NCBI GenBank assembly: GCA_965240325.2
Contig: OZ251222.1
Span: 2,542,001-2,606,000 of the forward strand
Length of the DNA: 64,000 nt
DNA from: Rebecca billardiae RCC1528
Lineage: Eukaryota > Protista > Haptophyta
Direction of reading: 5' to 3'
The position numbers were made by a program, and so were the translations under genes. Positions within the stretch are counted from its first letter, which is position 1, and each line of letters starts with the position of its first letter. The notes beneath the pieces were generated by a model. The model ran no database searches. It saw only the letters and a list, made by a program, of their open reading frames with translations, and was not told the origin of the DNA. Positions 47,164 through 58,199 of the stretch are shown here, piece after piece.

Positions 47164-47417
47164 GCAGTCTTGCAGTCCCGTGAGTCCGGCCGGTGTCAGA
47201 CATCGTCAGTCTATATCATCCGGCCGTAGTTATCTTATTCATCGCAGACTGCCGAATCGCAGACATATAAGCAGTCGATAATCAGTGTGTCTCGTCATCA
47301 TTTTAAAAAAGGCATTCAGGACATCCGGACAGTAATCAAGGCACCGTAGGCGCCGGTATATAGCAATATGATCGATAGATGATAGATCGTCGTAGAAGAT
47401 AGTTACCCGCCGGGACG

Positions 47418-47523
<106 letters not shown>

Positions 47524-47678
47524 CAATATGCGGCCGGTTCGCTCGGAGTGCTCGGCGGGCTCGGACCCGAATGAATTATACGCATCAGTATACTTGCAGA
47601 ACTCAGTCCTCAGAACTCAGAGTCAGACTCCGAGTCTCAGTCGAGTGCCGCGCCTGTTCCGGCTACCGAGACACTATC

Positions 47679-47848
<170 letters not shown>

Positions 47849-48560
47849 TGCGTCTCTGAGTAGCTATAGAGTGCCAAGCTAGTGAGACAGTCAACTATAC
47901 AGTTACAAGTTGGAACTTAGCAGAGATATCCGCCGACTTTCCGATAACCGATTATGTCTCAGCAGGCGGTTTAATTAAAGCCGCCGGCGCATCTATCAGC
48001 TTATTACAGTGACTCCATCAGCAGATCGGTCATCGGACCGTGCCACATTCCTTTGGAGTTTGGTGCCACGGGCTGTATAACGTGCCGGGCCGCTTTTTTA
48101 CGTGCCGGACCGTGCATGATGCAATGAGTGCCGAGTCACGCCTCACTGGTCGTCAGTGCCGAGCGCCATCACGGCCCACTGCTCGGATCCCGAGCAGCAC
48201 GGTACCGACTCCTAGTTCCGAGCCCGCGGTATATCGCCAAATGACGATGATACGCATGCAGCGCGCGCAGGCTTCACTCTCGTCTCGATCACTGTCACGG
48301 TTGGTGACTTGGTCTCAGACTCAGTCAGCAGAACGCGCCCGCGGTCAGGCCCTCGACGGGCTCGCCCGCTCGACCTCACTCCTCAGGATGAGCCGCTACA
48401 CGCGATCGCACTCTAGCTAGCCAGGCAGTAGCGTACCCGTCGTGAGACTTTAACATCACTTACAGCATCAGCGCAGTCGTTAGGCATGATGACAGTGCTC
48501 GGCACTGATGGTGACATTCAGTCATCAGTGATTCAGACGCGGGTATTGGGGCCTGGGCGG

Positions 48561-50123
48561 TCAGTTCACCTCGCAGAACGTGATCGATCCGCCCACGGTC
48601 ACATTCATGAGGCCTTCGGCGACGGGCCGGCCTGAGCGCGCCGGCGTGGGCAGGTGACGCCAGCAGTTTGTGTGCTCCGCGCGCCAAGCCCCGTCGCGGT
48701 CGCAGAGTGCGGCGAGGTCCGCGGGTGTGTACGCGGGACGGCGCACGCGCAGCGGCTTGCACTTGCCCGCGCAGCGCGCGTGCTCGCCTCCCGCACCCGT
48801 GCACATCTGCCGCACGCGCAGCCGCCGCTCGTCGCGCCGGTCGAAGATCTCGCAGTCGGCCGTGCGCAAGCCGAGCGCCGGCTTGCCCGTGAGCGGCACC
48901 CACCGGATCGCAGACCATGGCACCGGCACGTACACGTCGGCGCACAGCGCGAAATCGAGGAGGCCGTTCTCGTGGTGGTTGGGGAAGAAGCGCATGTACG
49001 TGAGCGAGTGCGGCAGCGTGAGCGGGCCCTGCGGCCGCGCGCCCTCCGCCAGCGTGCGGCGCAGGCGCAACAGCAGCCCCTCGCCAATCCCGAGCGCCCC
49101 GCCCTCGACGATTGGGTTGGTGTTCGCGCGCATGTTGGGGTCTGTCATGAACGCGCGGCCTTCGCCATCGACGCGGAAGTCGGACGCGCCGATGCCGGTG
49201 TAGCCGAGCACGCGCGCAAGCTTGGCCAGGCCCTCGGCCGCGTCGGCGTCGTTGAGCGTCACGCTGCCGAGGGAGATGCCCTTCGCGCCGATCGTGCTCA
49301 CCTTGGCGCGCGCATAGCCCGCGACCATCTGACCGTCCACAAAGACGGCGGTGTACGCGGTGTTGACGCCGCGCACGTACTCCTGCACCGTGCACGGCGC
49401 GCGCGCGCGCTCGAGCTCGGCGAGCGCGTCGCGCACGCACGCGCGGTCGTCGCAGATCTGGACGCCCCTGCCGCCCGCGTCCGTGTCGGACTTGACCACC
49501 GCCGGCGCGAGTGCCAGCGCCGTCTCGAGGCGAGTGCCGCTCAACCCCTCCGCGGGCACCCGGACCGAGCGCGGCACGCGCACGCCCGAGCGCGCGGCGA
49601 GGGCGAAGAGGGCTGACTTGCGCGTGACAGCGCTCCAGTGCTCGCGGTGGCGCGGCAGCGAGCAGCGCAGCGCGCGCACGGCGCGCTGCTCCTCGGGCCA
49701 CGTGCTGTTCTCGTACCGCCGCGCCGTCTCGACGAGCATCTCCATCGTGGGCGCCGAGTCGGGCACGACCAGCGATGGTTCGAAGTCGGCGAGCGCGTCG
49801 ATCAAGTCGGTCGGCTTCATCGGCGCACGCAGGTTGCGCAGGTACGCGAGCCGCTCCGGGTTGCGCCGCTCCAGCGTGTCGAGCGGGCAGAAGGTCATAT
49901 CCTCCGCCAGCCGCGTGCACCTGCGCAACACGAGCCCGACATCCCAGCCCGCCTCGGCGAATCCGTGGTACATCGCCAACAGCGCGGGCTTGTCGGTGTT
50001 GTACAGCAGCAGCACGCGCGAGTTCCCCTCGCGCAGAGCGGCGCACTCGTCGCGGCGAGGCAAGCTCGCCGACGTGCTCCAACCCAGACTGACGAGCGCG
50101 ACCAGCGCACAGGCTGCCGCCAT
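48561..50123 (-). CDS. ATP-grasp domain protein with N-terminal signal peptide
   Basis: KSALFALAARSGVRVP, PAVVKSD...GGRGVQI, VQEYVRG and LGYTGIGASDFRVD...DPNMR. Leader MAAACALVALVSLGWSTSA. Confidence 0.8.
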   Translation of the reverse strand: MAAACALVALVSLGWSTSASLPRRDECAALREGNSRVLLLYNTDKPALLAMYHGFAEAGWDVGLVLRRCTRLAEDMTFCPLDTLERRNPERLAYLRNLRAPMKPTDLIDALADFEPSLVVPDSAPTMEMLVETARRYENSTWPEEQRAVRALRCSLPRHREHWSAVTRKSALFALAARSGVRVPRSVRVPAEGLSGTRLETALALAPAVVKSDTDAGGRGVQICDDRACVRDALAELERARAPCTVQEYVRGVNTAYTAVFVDGQMVAGYARAKVSTIGAKGISLGSVTLNDADAAEGLAKLARVLGYTGIGASDFRVDGEGRAFMTDPNMRANTNPIVEGGALGIGEGLLLRLRRTLAEGARPQGPLTLPHSLTYMRFFPNHHENGLLDFALCADVYVPVPWSAIRWVPLTGKPALGLRTADCEIFDRRDERRLRVRQMCTGAGGEHARCAGKCKPLRVRRPAYTPADLAALCDRDGAWRAEHTNCWRHLPTPARSGRPVAEGLMNVTVGGSITFCEVN

Positions 50124-50256
50124 CGTGGTTCGCGTTCGCGCACGCTGCCCAATTGAAAAAATGGAGCAGTCCGGCGGTTTCCTTGTCAAAAATCACCGCC
50201 TTCTAATGGCCCTGTAACGGCCGGCGGGTCGCTCTGCGACACCGCCAACAGAAACA

Positions 50257-50998
50257 ACAGTGGAAACCCGGGGACTTTGTCCCCGCGCCCCTATCGCGGG
50301 CTCTGGCGCGCGAACGCTTTGTCACTACTGGATCCCCGAGGTGGAGAACGGCGCTCCGTGCACCAACAAAGACATCCCCAGCCGCATGTTGCCACTCGAC
50401 ACCTCGTCTCGCCTCGCGCGGAGCCAACTTGTGGTGTGCGGGAGCCACCCGTAGCACACTGGGCCGTGTAGCGACGCGTGTGGCGGGTCAACAGTGCATC
50501 GCGAAGGCGTCGCACGCGCAATCCGTTGAGTACATACTCATGTCTGTCCCATGGCACGTCATGCACCGCCTGTCGACACCTCGTCTCGCTTCGCGCGGAG
50601 CCAACTTGTGGTGTGCGGGAGCTACCCGAAGCACAGGCTGTGCTGCACGCGGCGCGTCGCGAGTCGGGAGTGCATCGGCGCACGCGGCGGCGCACGACGT
50701 GCCATGGGACAGACATGAGTATGTACTCAACGGATTGCGCGTGCGACGCCTTCGCGATGCACTGTTGACCCGCCACGCGCGTCGCTACACGGCCCAGTGT
50801 GCTACGGGTGGCTCCCGCACACCACAAGTTGGCTCCGCGCGAGGCGAGACGAGGTGTCGAGTGGCAACATGCGGCTGGGGATGTCTTTGTTGGTGCACGG
50901 AGCGCCGTTCTCCACCTCGGGGAGCCAGTAGTGACAAAGCGTTCGCGCGCCAGAGCCCGCGTAGGGGCGCGGGGACAAAGTCCCCGCGTTTCCACTGT
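50257..50998. mobile_element. Foldback element: ~303-bp inverted arms around a 135-bp spacer
   Basis: 50257-50560 is the near-perfect reverse complement of 50696-50998. The spacer holds a third copy of a ~63-bp arm segment (50573-50635 vs 50396-50458). Confidence 0.9.
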
Positions 50999-51169
50999 CC
51001 TTTCCGCCGCACCCCTCGCCTACTGTAGCGAGGGGTGCTCGACCGTTACGGGAGATTAGATGCACCTGGGCAAAAATGGTACTGCACAGCGCGGGAGGTC
51101 GAAGGCGCGAAAGAGGCCGCCGTCGTCGGCTCCTTCCTCTTCTCCCGCCAAACACCTAGCGTCGAGGCG

Positions 51170-52688
51170 ATGACTCGCGAGGAGCTGACGCGGGACATGG
51201 CGATCGCATGCACGAGCGGCGATGTGCACCAGCTCGAGTCGCTCCTGGCACTGGGCGGCGATCTCGACCTTCACGACGCACACGGATGGACCGCGCTCAT
51301 GTACGCATGCGTCAATGGACAGGCGGAGTGCGTGCGGCTGCTCCTCGAGGCGGCCGCTGACATTCGCGTCAAGGCAAAGCACGTCAATGACTGCAGCGCG
51401 TTGCATCATGCATGTGCAGCCGGTCAAGCAGTGTGCGCGCAGCTCCTCCTCGAGGCGAACGCCGACCCGGATGCCACCACCAGCACCAGAAGCACCAATC
51501 TGGCGGCCCTCCACATCGCGTCCTGTGTGGGCCATGCGGAGTGCGTGCGCGTCCTGCTCGACGCAGGCGCGAGCGTCGATCAGCATACTTTCGAAGGGTC
51601 TCGCGCAATCCATTACTGCTGCTGCCAAGGCCACGCCGAGTGCGCGCAACTGCTGATCGCCGCGCGCGTAAACATCAACCGCATCGACGGAGATCTCGAC
51701 AGGCCGCAGCCGATCTTCGTGGCGGTGCGGGAGCTGCGCGCGCCTTGCGTGCGGCTGCTACTCGACGCGCATGCGAATGTTGACGCCAGTGAGCTTTTGG
51801 CAGGCATACCTGACACCCTGCTGGCACGGGCTGTTTGCAAGCAGCCAGGGGAGCGCACCGACGCCACGGCCGCTGAGCGGCTGCAGGTGGTGCAGCTGCT
51901 GTGCAAGGCCCAGGCGCTGCGCGGGATACGCATGGCCGATCTCGGTGAGCGCGCTGGCATGTGCGGTGCAATGCGCTTTTGTGGTGACGAGAACGAGCTC
52001 TCGGCCTGGCTCGGGCGCGCGTCGCGCTGGCGCACGGCCCTGCACCACGTCGAGCTGCTGAGCGAGGCGGAGGCGGTGGCACAGCTGCGCGCGCTCACCG
52101 ACACCGACGCCCTCAGCGCCGATGGCAAGTCGTCGCCCCTCGCTCTGGCCTACGTCGCGCTCGCATCTGATCCGCACCACGGCGCCGCGGCGGCCGTGGT
52201 CGCGGCTGCCGGCCCGTGGAGCCCCAAGACCCACCACCTCTTCCCAGCGCCCGCGCGCGCTCGCGCTGTGGAGCTGCTGCCGCTGGGGTATGAGCTGGCC
52301 GCGGACGGGCGGTTTGGCGGCGTGCACTCGGGCGCTGTGCAGCAGCTGTGGGTGGAGCACGTGCTGCCGTATGCTGTCGAGCGCGGGCACGCGCCGCTGC
52401 ACCGAGACACGCGCGCGTGCGCCGCGTGCGGCGGCTGCGGCGGCCGTCGGTGCGGGCGTTGCAAGGCGGTGGTGTACTGCAGGTGTGGCGCGGCGCGGCG
52501 CGCGAGCGCAGTGCGTGTGCCGTGCCGGTGCACGGCCTTGGTGCTGACACGTCCCTTGCGCGCCCCGCCTGTCCGATGTACGCGCGTCGCGTGCGCTTCT
52601 GCGGATTCACAGCGAGGAGTGCCAGCGGCGCGACTGGCGTACGCACCGCAAGCAGTGTGGGCTTCACGCGTGGGCGGGCAGCAAGTGA
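51170..52688 (+). CDS. Ankyrin-repeat protein with C-terminal MYND zinc finger; intron 52483-52612
   Basis: GWTALMYAC, SALHHAC and AALHIAS repeats. Spliced tail CAACG...CGRCKAVVYCSEECQRRDWRTHRKQC. Confidence 0.9.
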
Positions 52689-52739
52689 CTCGATGAGCAG
52701 CATGTGGGCGGGTATGTGATGATGAGCTATAGTCTAGAT

Positions 52740-52760
52740 CGAGAGAGTCGAGAGAGTCAA

Positions 52761-52843
<83 letters not shown>
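52740..52843. repeat. (GA)n microsatellite
   Basis: Seen directly. Confidence 0.95.
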
Positions 52844-52846
<3 letters not shown>

Positions 52847-53300
52847 ACGACTGCGACTCGTCGGTGATGCCGTTTTGGATGCCGAGATGACGTTGACCCG
52901 AGGGCAGTGTAGGGTCGCAGCTAGCAGTGTGACCTAATGACAAAGGCCACTGAGTACTTGGTGGCGGAGTGACAACCACCCTCCGCATCAGGGCCAGCAT
53001 CAGCGCGCTCGCTCAGCGGCTCAGCCGCTCGAAGTCAATAAGCAGAGCATGACGAGGAGTAGTCGTCTGCGATGATCAATCATCATCATTGATGCCCGCC
53101 TGCTGACTGAGGGTGAGAGTCCTTGGGCTTGATGGAGTGAGTCTCAGTGACTATCTACCGTCGTCGTGACAGTGTGACGATGAGCAGTAGTGTGAGTGAC
53201 GACAGTCGGTCAGTCGGCATCAGTCATCGGACGACAGTCATATAATGACTACGCAGCTGTGGCTCACGACGGTCGGCCGCATTGCCTGATGGACGGCCGG

Positions 53301-56249
53301 TCAGATCGGATCTCCTGGCATCCTCTTGGCGAGGTCGCCAGGCGCGCCGCGCCGCCACGCTTTGCGCAGCGCGAGCTTGCAGTCGCTCATTTCCTTCAGG
53401 CGCTTCGTCCTCTCAGCTCGGCTCCACTCCGGAAAGTCCACGTACGAAGCATACTCGTCCAAGTTGCCGCGGAGGTCGAGCACGGACAGCGAGCGAGACG
53501 AACCGCTCTCGCGCAGCAGGTCGACAAACGCAGTCGCGTCCGTGATCCGGTTGTTGCTCAGGTTGAGCGCGGTCACGTGGGGCGCTTTGCGCAGCGCCTC
53601 TGCGATGACCCTCGCGGCATAGCTGTCGAATCGGTTCCAGCTGAGGTCGAGCGAAGTCAGCGAGGGGTTGGCGCAGATGTCGAACGCGACGAGCACGGCT
53701 TCCGGGCTGGTCAGCCCGCTCGTCTCCTGCTCGAGCTGCGGCCGCCGACCCTGGATCTGACGAGCGGGAATCCGTTGGCCGGCACCGAAGCTGAGCGAGG
53801 CGGTGCGCGCGCCCGCCTTGAGGCCGCACAGGGTGCGCACACCGGCAGCCCGCGCGGCGTCCACGAGCTTCTCCTCCGTGCCGGGGCGGATGCAGTTGTT
53901 CAGGATGAGGCCGAGGGCCTGCACCCGAGGCCCGCCCTCCCTCGAGCGCAGCCAGTCAGCGAGGGCGAGCACCCCGGCGTCCATGATGAGGTTGGAGCTC
54001 AGCTCGAGCGCGCTCAGGGCGGAGTTGGAGCGCAGCGCGCCTGCGAGCTGCACCGCGACCTCGTCGCCGAGGCAGTTGTCGGCGAGCTCGAGCGTGCTGA
54101 GCGAGCTGTTCGCCGAGAGAGCAGCCATGATCCGGGGCCCCAGGCTGATGGTCGGTCCTCCCGGCTGCCAACCCGAAGAAGGCCAGGCGGCGATGCTCTG
54201 GCTCAGGTTGAGCGTGGTCAGCGCGCTGGTGGCGCCCAGCAGCGCCTCGATGAGCGGCGGCAGGTCTCGGTGCGCGATGGCGCCCCCCAGGTTGAGCTCA
54301 CGCAGGGGCGGGTTGTCGGGCAGCGCGTGAGCAAGCCTCTCCAGCCCCGAGTCCTCCCAGTTGCCCGACAGGTCCAGCGACGTGAGGGCCTCGTTGGCGC
54401 GCAGCGCCCGTCCAAACGCGTCCCCGATCGCACTGTTGCCGCCGCTGCCGCCCAGCTCGGCGCGGTACCACGGACCCGCCACCTTGAATCTGCCGAGCGT
54501 CGCCAGAGGGCCCCGGCACAGCCGCGCCGTCGAGAGCGTCTTGCACGCGCCGATGGCCTCGGCGAGCGCAATCAGGCCGGCGGAGCCGAGCTTGTGGCAG
54601 CTCAGGTCGAGCGCGGTGAGCGTCGTGCTCGCGGCGATGCCCGCGCCGAGCTCGGCCAGCACAAAGCTGTCGCTCACGCCGCAGTGCGCGAGCGTGAGCG
54701 AGGTCAGGGAGTGCTCGGCTGAGACGAGCCTCACGGGCGGGAGGGGGCGGTCGCACCCGAGGATCGTCAGCTTCTCCAGGTGCACGGCCGTGGGCGCGCC
54801 GAGCGCGGCAACGAGCTCCTCGGCGACCTCCTGCGTGTGGATACGCGGCAGCTCGAGCGCGCGCGCACGGCTGCGTGCGAGCGCGCGGATCGTCTTGAGC
54901 GCGCGCGCGCTCAGCGTCGCCTTGCGGGCGCCGCCCTTGGTGTCCGCCTGGGCGCGCGCCAGCTGCGCGTCGTAGTGCGGCAGAAGCACCGACGCAAAGC
55001 GCGCGCGCAGCGTCGCGTCGAACGCCTCCTTGTCCTCGCCCACGAACGCGAGGATGCGCAGCTTGTCAGCGCCCACGCTCGCCTGCGCGCTCTCGACGGA
55101 GAAGTCGGCCGCGCGCTCGGCGACCGCGAGCGGGAAGTCCTTGGACACGGCTTCGAGGGAGTCGCCGTCGCGCACGCCGCGCACCTCGATCGCGCTCTCC
55201 TTCTCGAAGCCGCGCCCGCGCTCGTTGCCCTCCTTGGTGCCCGCGCTCACGGCGTACGTGTCCAGCTTGAACGCCTGGCCGCGTGGGTTGAGCAGCGCGC
55301 GGTACAGCTCAAAGCCGCACCACGCGCGCGTGAACGTGACGCCCTTGCGGTCGAGCACGGAGACGACGCCCTCGGCCAGCTCGAGCGCCTTGAAGAAGGG
55401 GTACTCCGCGATGGAGGCGTCGTGCTGCAGCTCCGACGCCAGATCGTGCTGGTTGATCGCGTGGCTGCGCGCGCAGGCGGCGTGGGCGTCCGCTGCCCTG
55501 ACTGTCTGTGCGTGCGCCGAGCGCCGACCGGCGTGCGCGCGTGCGAGTGAGGGGCCGCGCGCGGCGAGCACTTACGCGCACACCCAGTACGTCGCCTCGT
55601 GGGGCGCCATGCCGCGGTCTGCCGCGTGCGCGCGCAGCATCGCCAGGAAGTCCTCGATCGGCTCGCCCCACCTGCGAGGAGGCGCGTGCGGTGGCGCACG
55701 CGACGGCGGGAGGGGGTGGGTGGGTGGACGACACGCACGAGCATTGCGCGGCACAGATTCGCGCCCGCAGCGTGCACACGCGCACCAGTGGCTGACGAAC
55801 CATCGCGGCCGCTGTGGTCCCGTCGCGAGCACCTCCACCATGGAGCAGCGACGCTCGCGCGTCAGCGGCTTGATCAACCAAAACATGAGGTCGTACAACG
55901 TTATCGTGTGCTCGGTCAGCTTCTCGCTCGACCGACCCTTGTCCGTCGACGTCCACCCTTTCTTCTTGCAGTTCATCTTAGCCGCGAGGAACACGCGCTC
56001 CAGCTGCGCGAGCGTGATGCCCCGCTCCTCCGTCTGCGGGATCGCGCAACCCGGATGCGTCATCCCGTCGGGGTAGAGCGCACTCGTGATGAGGTTGTGC
56101 CCGTAGTTGACCAGCATGGCCTCGGCGCCCGATGGCTGCGGCGGCTGCTTCGGATTGGCTGCCTGAGGTGTGGCGCGCGGGGCCGTCGGGCCTGCCGTCG
56201 TCGCCTTCTTCTTTGTCGCGGTCGTCGCCTTGGTCGGCGGACCCATCAT
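53301..56249 (-). CDS. TIR/HET-like domain + ribonuclease-inhibitor-type LRR protein; introns 55465-55575 and 55672-55785
   Basis: Spliced N-terminal domain RGITL...WFVSHWWGEP...YWVCAHAINQH...FTRAWCGFEL, followed by repeated LTxLDLSxNx LRRs of ~28 aa. Confidence 0.85.
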
Positions 56250-56389
56250 GGTACGCCGTGGTCGTTCCCCGGACGGCCGCTTGATAATACATGCATGACC
56301 AAACCGGCGCGATCGATCATCGATCCCGCCCGCTGTCTATCATCGCGGGGGCGTCCTCGGGGTGGCGAGGAAGCGCGGAGCGCGCGGCC

Positions 56390-57282
56390 ATGCGTCAGAT
56401 GCGTGCCGCGCACTCGCTGGTGGTCCTTGCCTGCTTCCCGATCTGCGTCAGCGCCACTACGCACGGCGTCCGCTTGCCGGATGGCACCGACAATTCGGCA
56501 TCTACACCGTACCCATCCCCGGTCACCAACACGTATTACGGCACCGAGGACGATGATGAAGTCTTCGGCGGAAACGGAGGGCAGGCCGTGTTTAAAGGGG
56601 CAGGCGGCGACGTCACGAACAACATCTTTGGCCTGGGTGGTGCCGACACGATCGAAGGTGGATCGGCAGACACCAATGACTGGAGCACGACCGGCGGGGT
56701 CCGCCACGGCACAACCACAAACAACTTGAACGGTGGCGACGGTGCCGACCGGCTCTATGGTGGCGGGCATTCCGGCCCCACCTTCGGAAAGGTTGCCAAC
56801 CGAATGGACGGTGAGACGCGTCGCGCACCGCGACGGCGCGCGGCGTGCGGCGCGTCGGTCCACGCGTGCCATTCGTGCTTCGCGCTCAGCCGCGACCTCC
56901 CACCATGCGCCGCCGTGCGCCTCTCACTTCAGGCGGCGCCGGTGATGACAAGATCACGGGTGCTGTGAGCGTTGGTGGAGGCCAAGTCAACAACTTCATC
57001 ACTGGTGCGCACCGCACGCGGATGCGCTGTGCTCGTCGCGCCACTGACGACCCACTTGCCCCCCACACGCACCCGCGGTATCTCTGCCAGGTGGAAGCGG
57101 CCAGGACAGCATCTACGTTGACCAGGACACGATTTCTTCGTGGAGCACTTCCGCCGTGTATGCCGACGACGGTGAGGTGGACTACATCTTTGCCGATGAC
57201 TACGGGTACGACTATATCGTCGCCGACAGCTTCGACAAGGTATACTATGACAACAATGACATTGTCGTCTGGGTCACGCCAG

Positions 57283-57342
<60 letters not shown>

Positions 57343-57626
57343 TGCCCACGCCGACGCCGACGCCGGTGCCCACGCCGACGCCGACGCCGGTGCCAACGCC
57401 GTCGCCGTCGCCAATGCCCACGCCCACGCCTACACCAGAGCCTGACCCCGAGCCGAAGGGCGTTGCGTGCCCTGTGGGCTGTGTGCAGGCCTCTGTCGTG
57501 GCTGGTCGGCTGCTGCGCCAATTCGCTGGCAACGCGCGCCACTCGCTGCTCTTTGGCCATTTCCGCTCATCATCACGTGCTGACGATGCCATCCAGTGTC
57601 CTGCAGGATGCAGGGCGGTCGTCTGA
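56390..57626 (+). CDS. Secreted RTX-type (GGxGxD) Ca-binding repeat protein with Pro-Thr linker and Cys-motif tail; introns 56811-56932 and 57005-57090
   Basis: Signal peptide, then nonapeptides [27 protein letters not shown] and GGSGQDSIY (the last two are formed across splice junctions). (PT)n linker, CPVGC...CPAGC tail. Start at 56390 or 56399. Confidence 0.8.
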
Positions 57627-58199
57627 CTCGACTCAGTAATAGTAGTACCGTATCAGATTCAGTCTTCCGAGAGTAGCCGGTGACTATGTTTCAACTACTC
57701 AACACAGTCAACTAGCACCGCTGATGAGTTTGACATGATCAGTATGTATATATATACTCTCAGACAGTAGTCGTCGTCAGAGTACTGTAGCCAGTCCGAC
57801 GTCGTCATGCGGTGAACCAGAACCATCCGAGATGAGTCGTCCGGACCGGACAGTCGTGCCGCGCGGGCGCAGCCGATAGGTCGTCCGCTGTCCATCATCG
57901 GGGGGCAGCCCGGCATCATCCGTCCGCCTAGTACGGTCATGCCTGCTGGGTCGCATCGCCCCTCGCGGTCGCCGGTCCGCCGAAATCACGCGCCATCTGA
58001 CGACTCGGCGCGCATGCGGGTGTCTGCGGAGATCTGCCATCTGGCGGGGCTCGTGCCGGTGGGGCTGGCCTGCGCGCGCTGCCCTGCGCATGGCCATGCT
58101 CGCCGCGGCTGCTTTGGTGGCACGGCATGGGCGCCTGCAAAGACGCGCCACCCTTGGGCGCGACGGGTGCAGCGCATGCGGTGGCCGCCGAGCCCAGGC

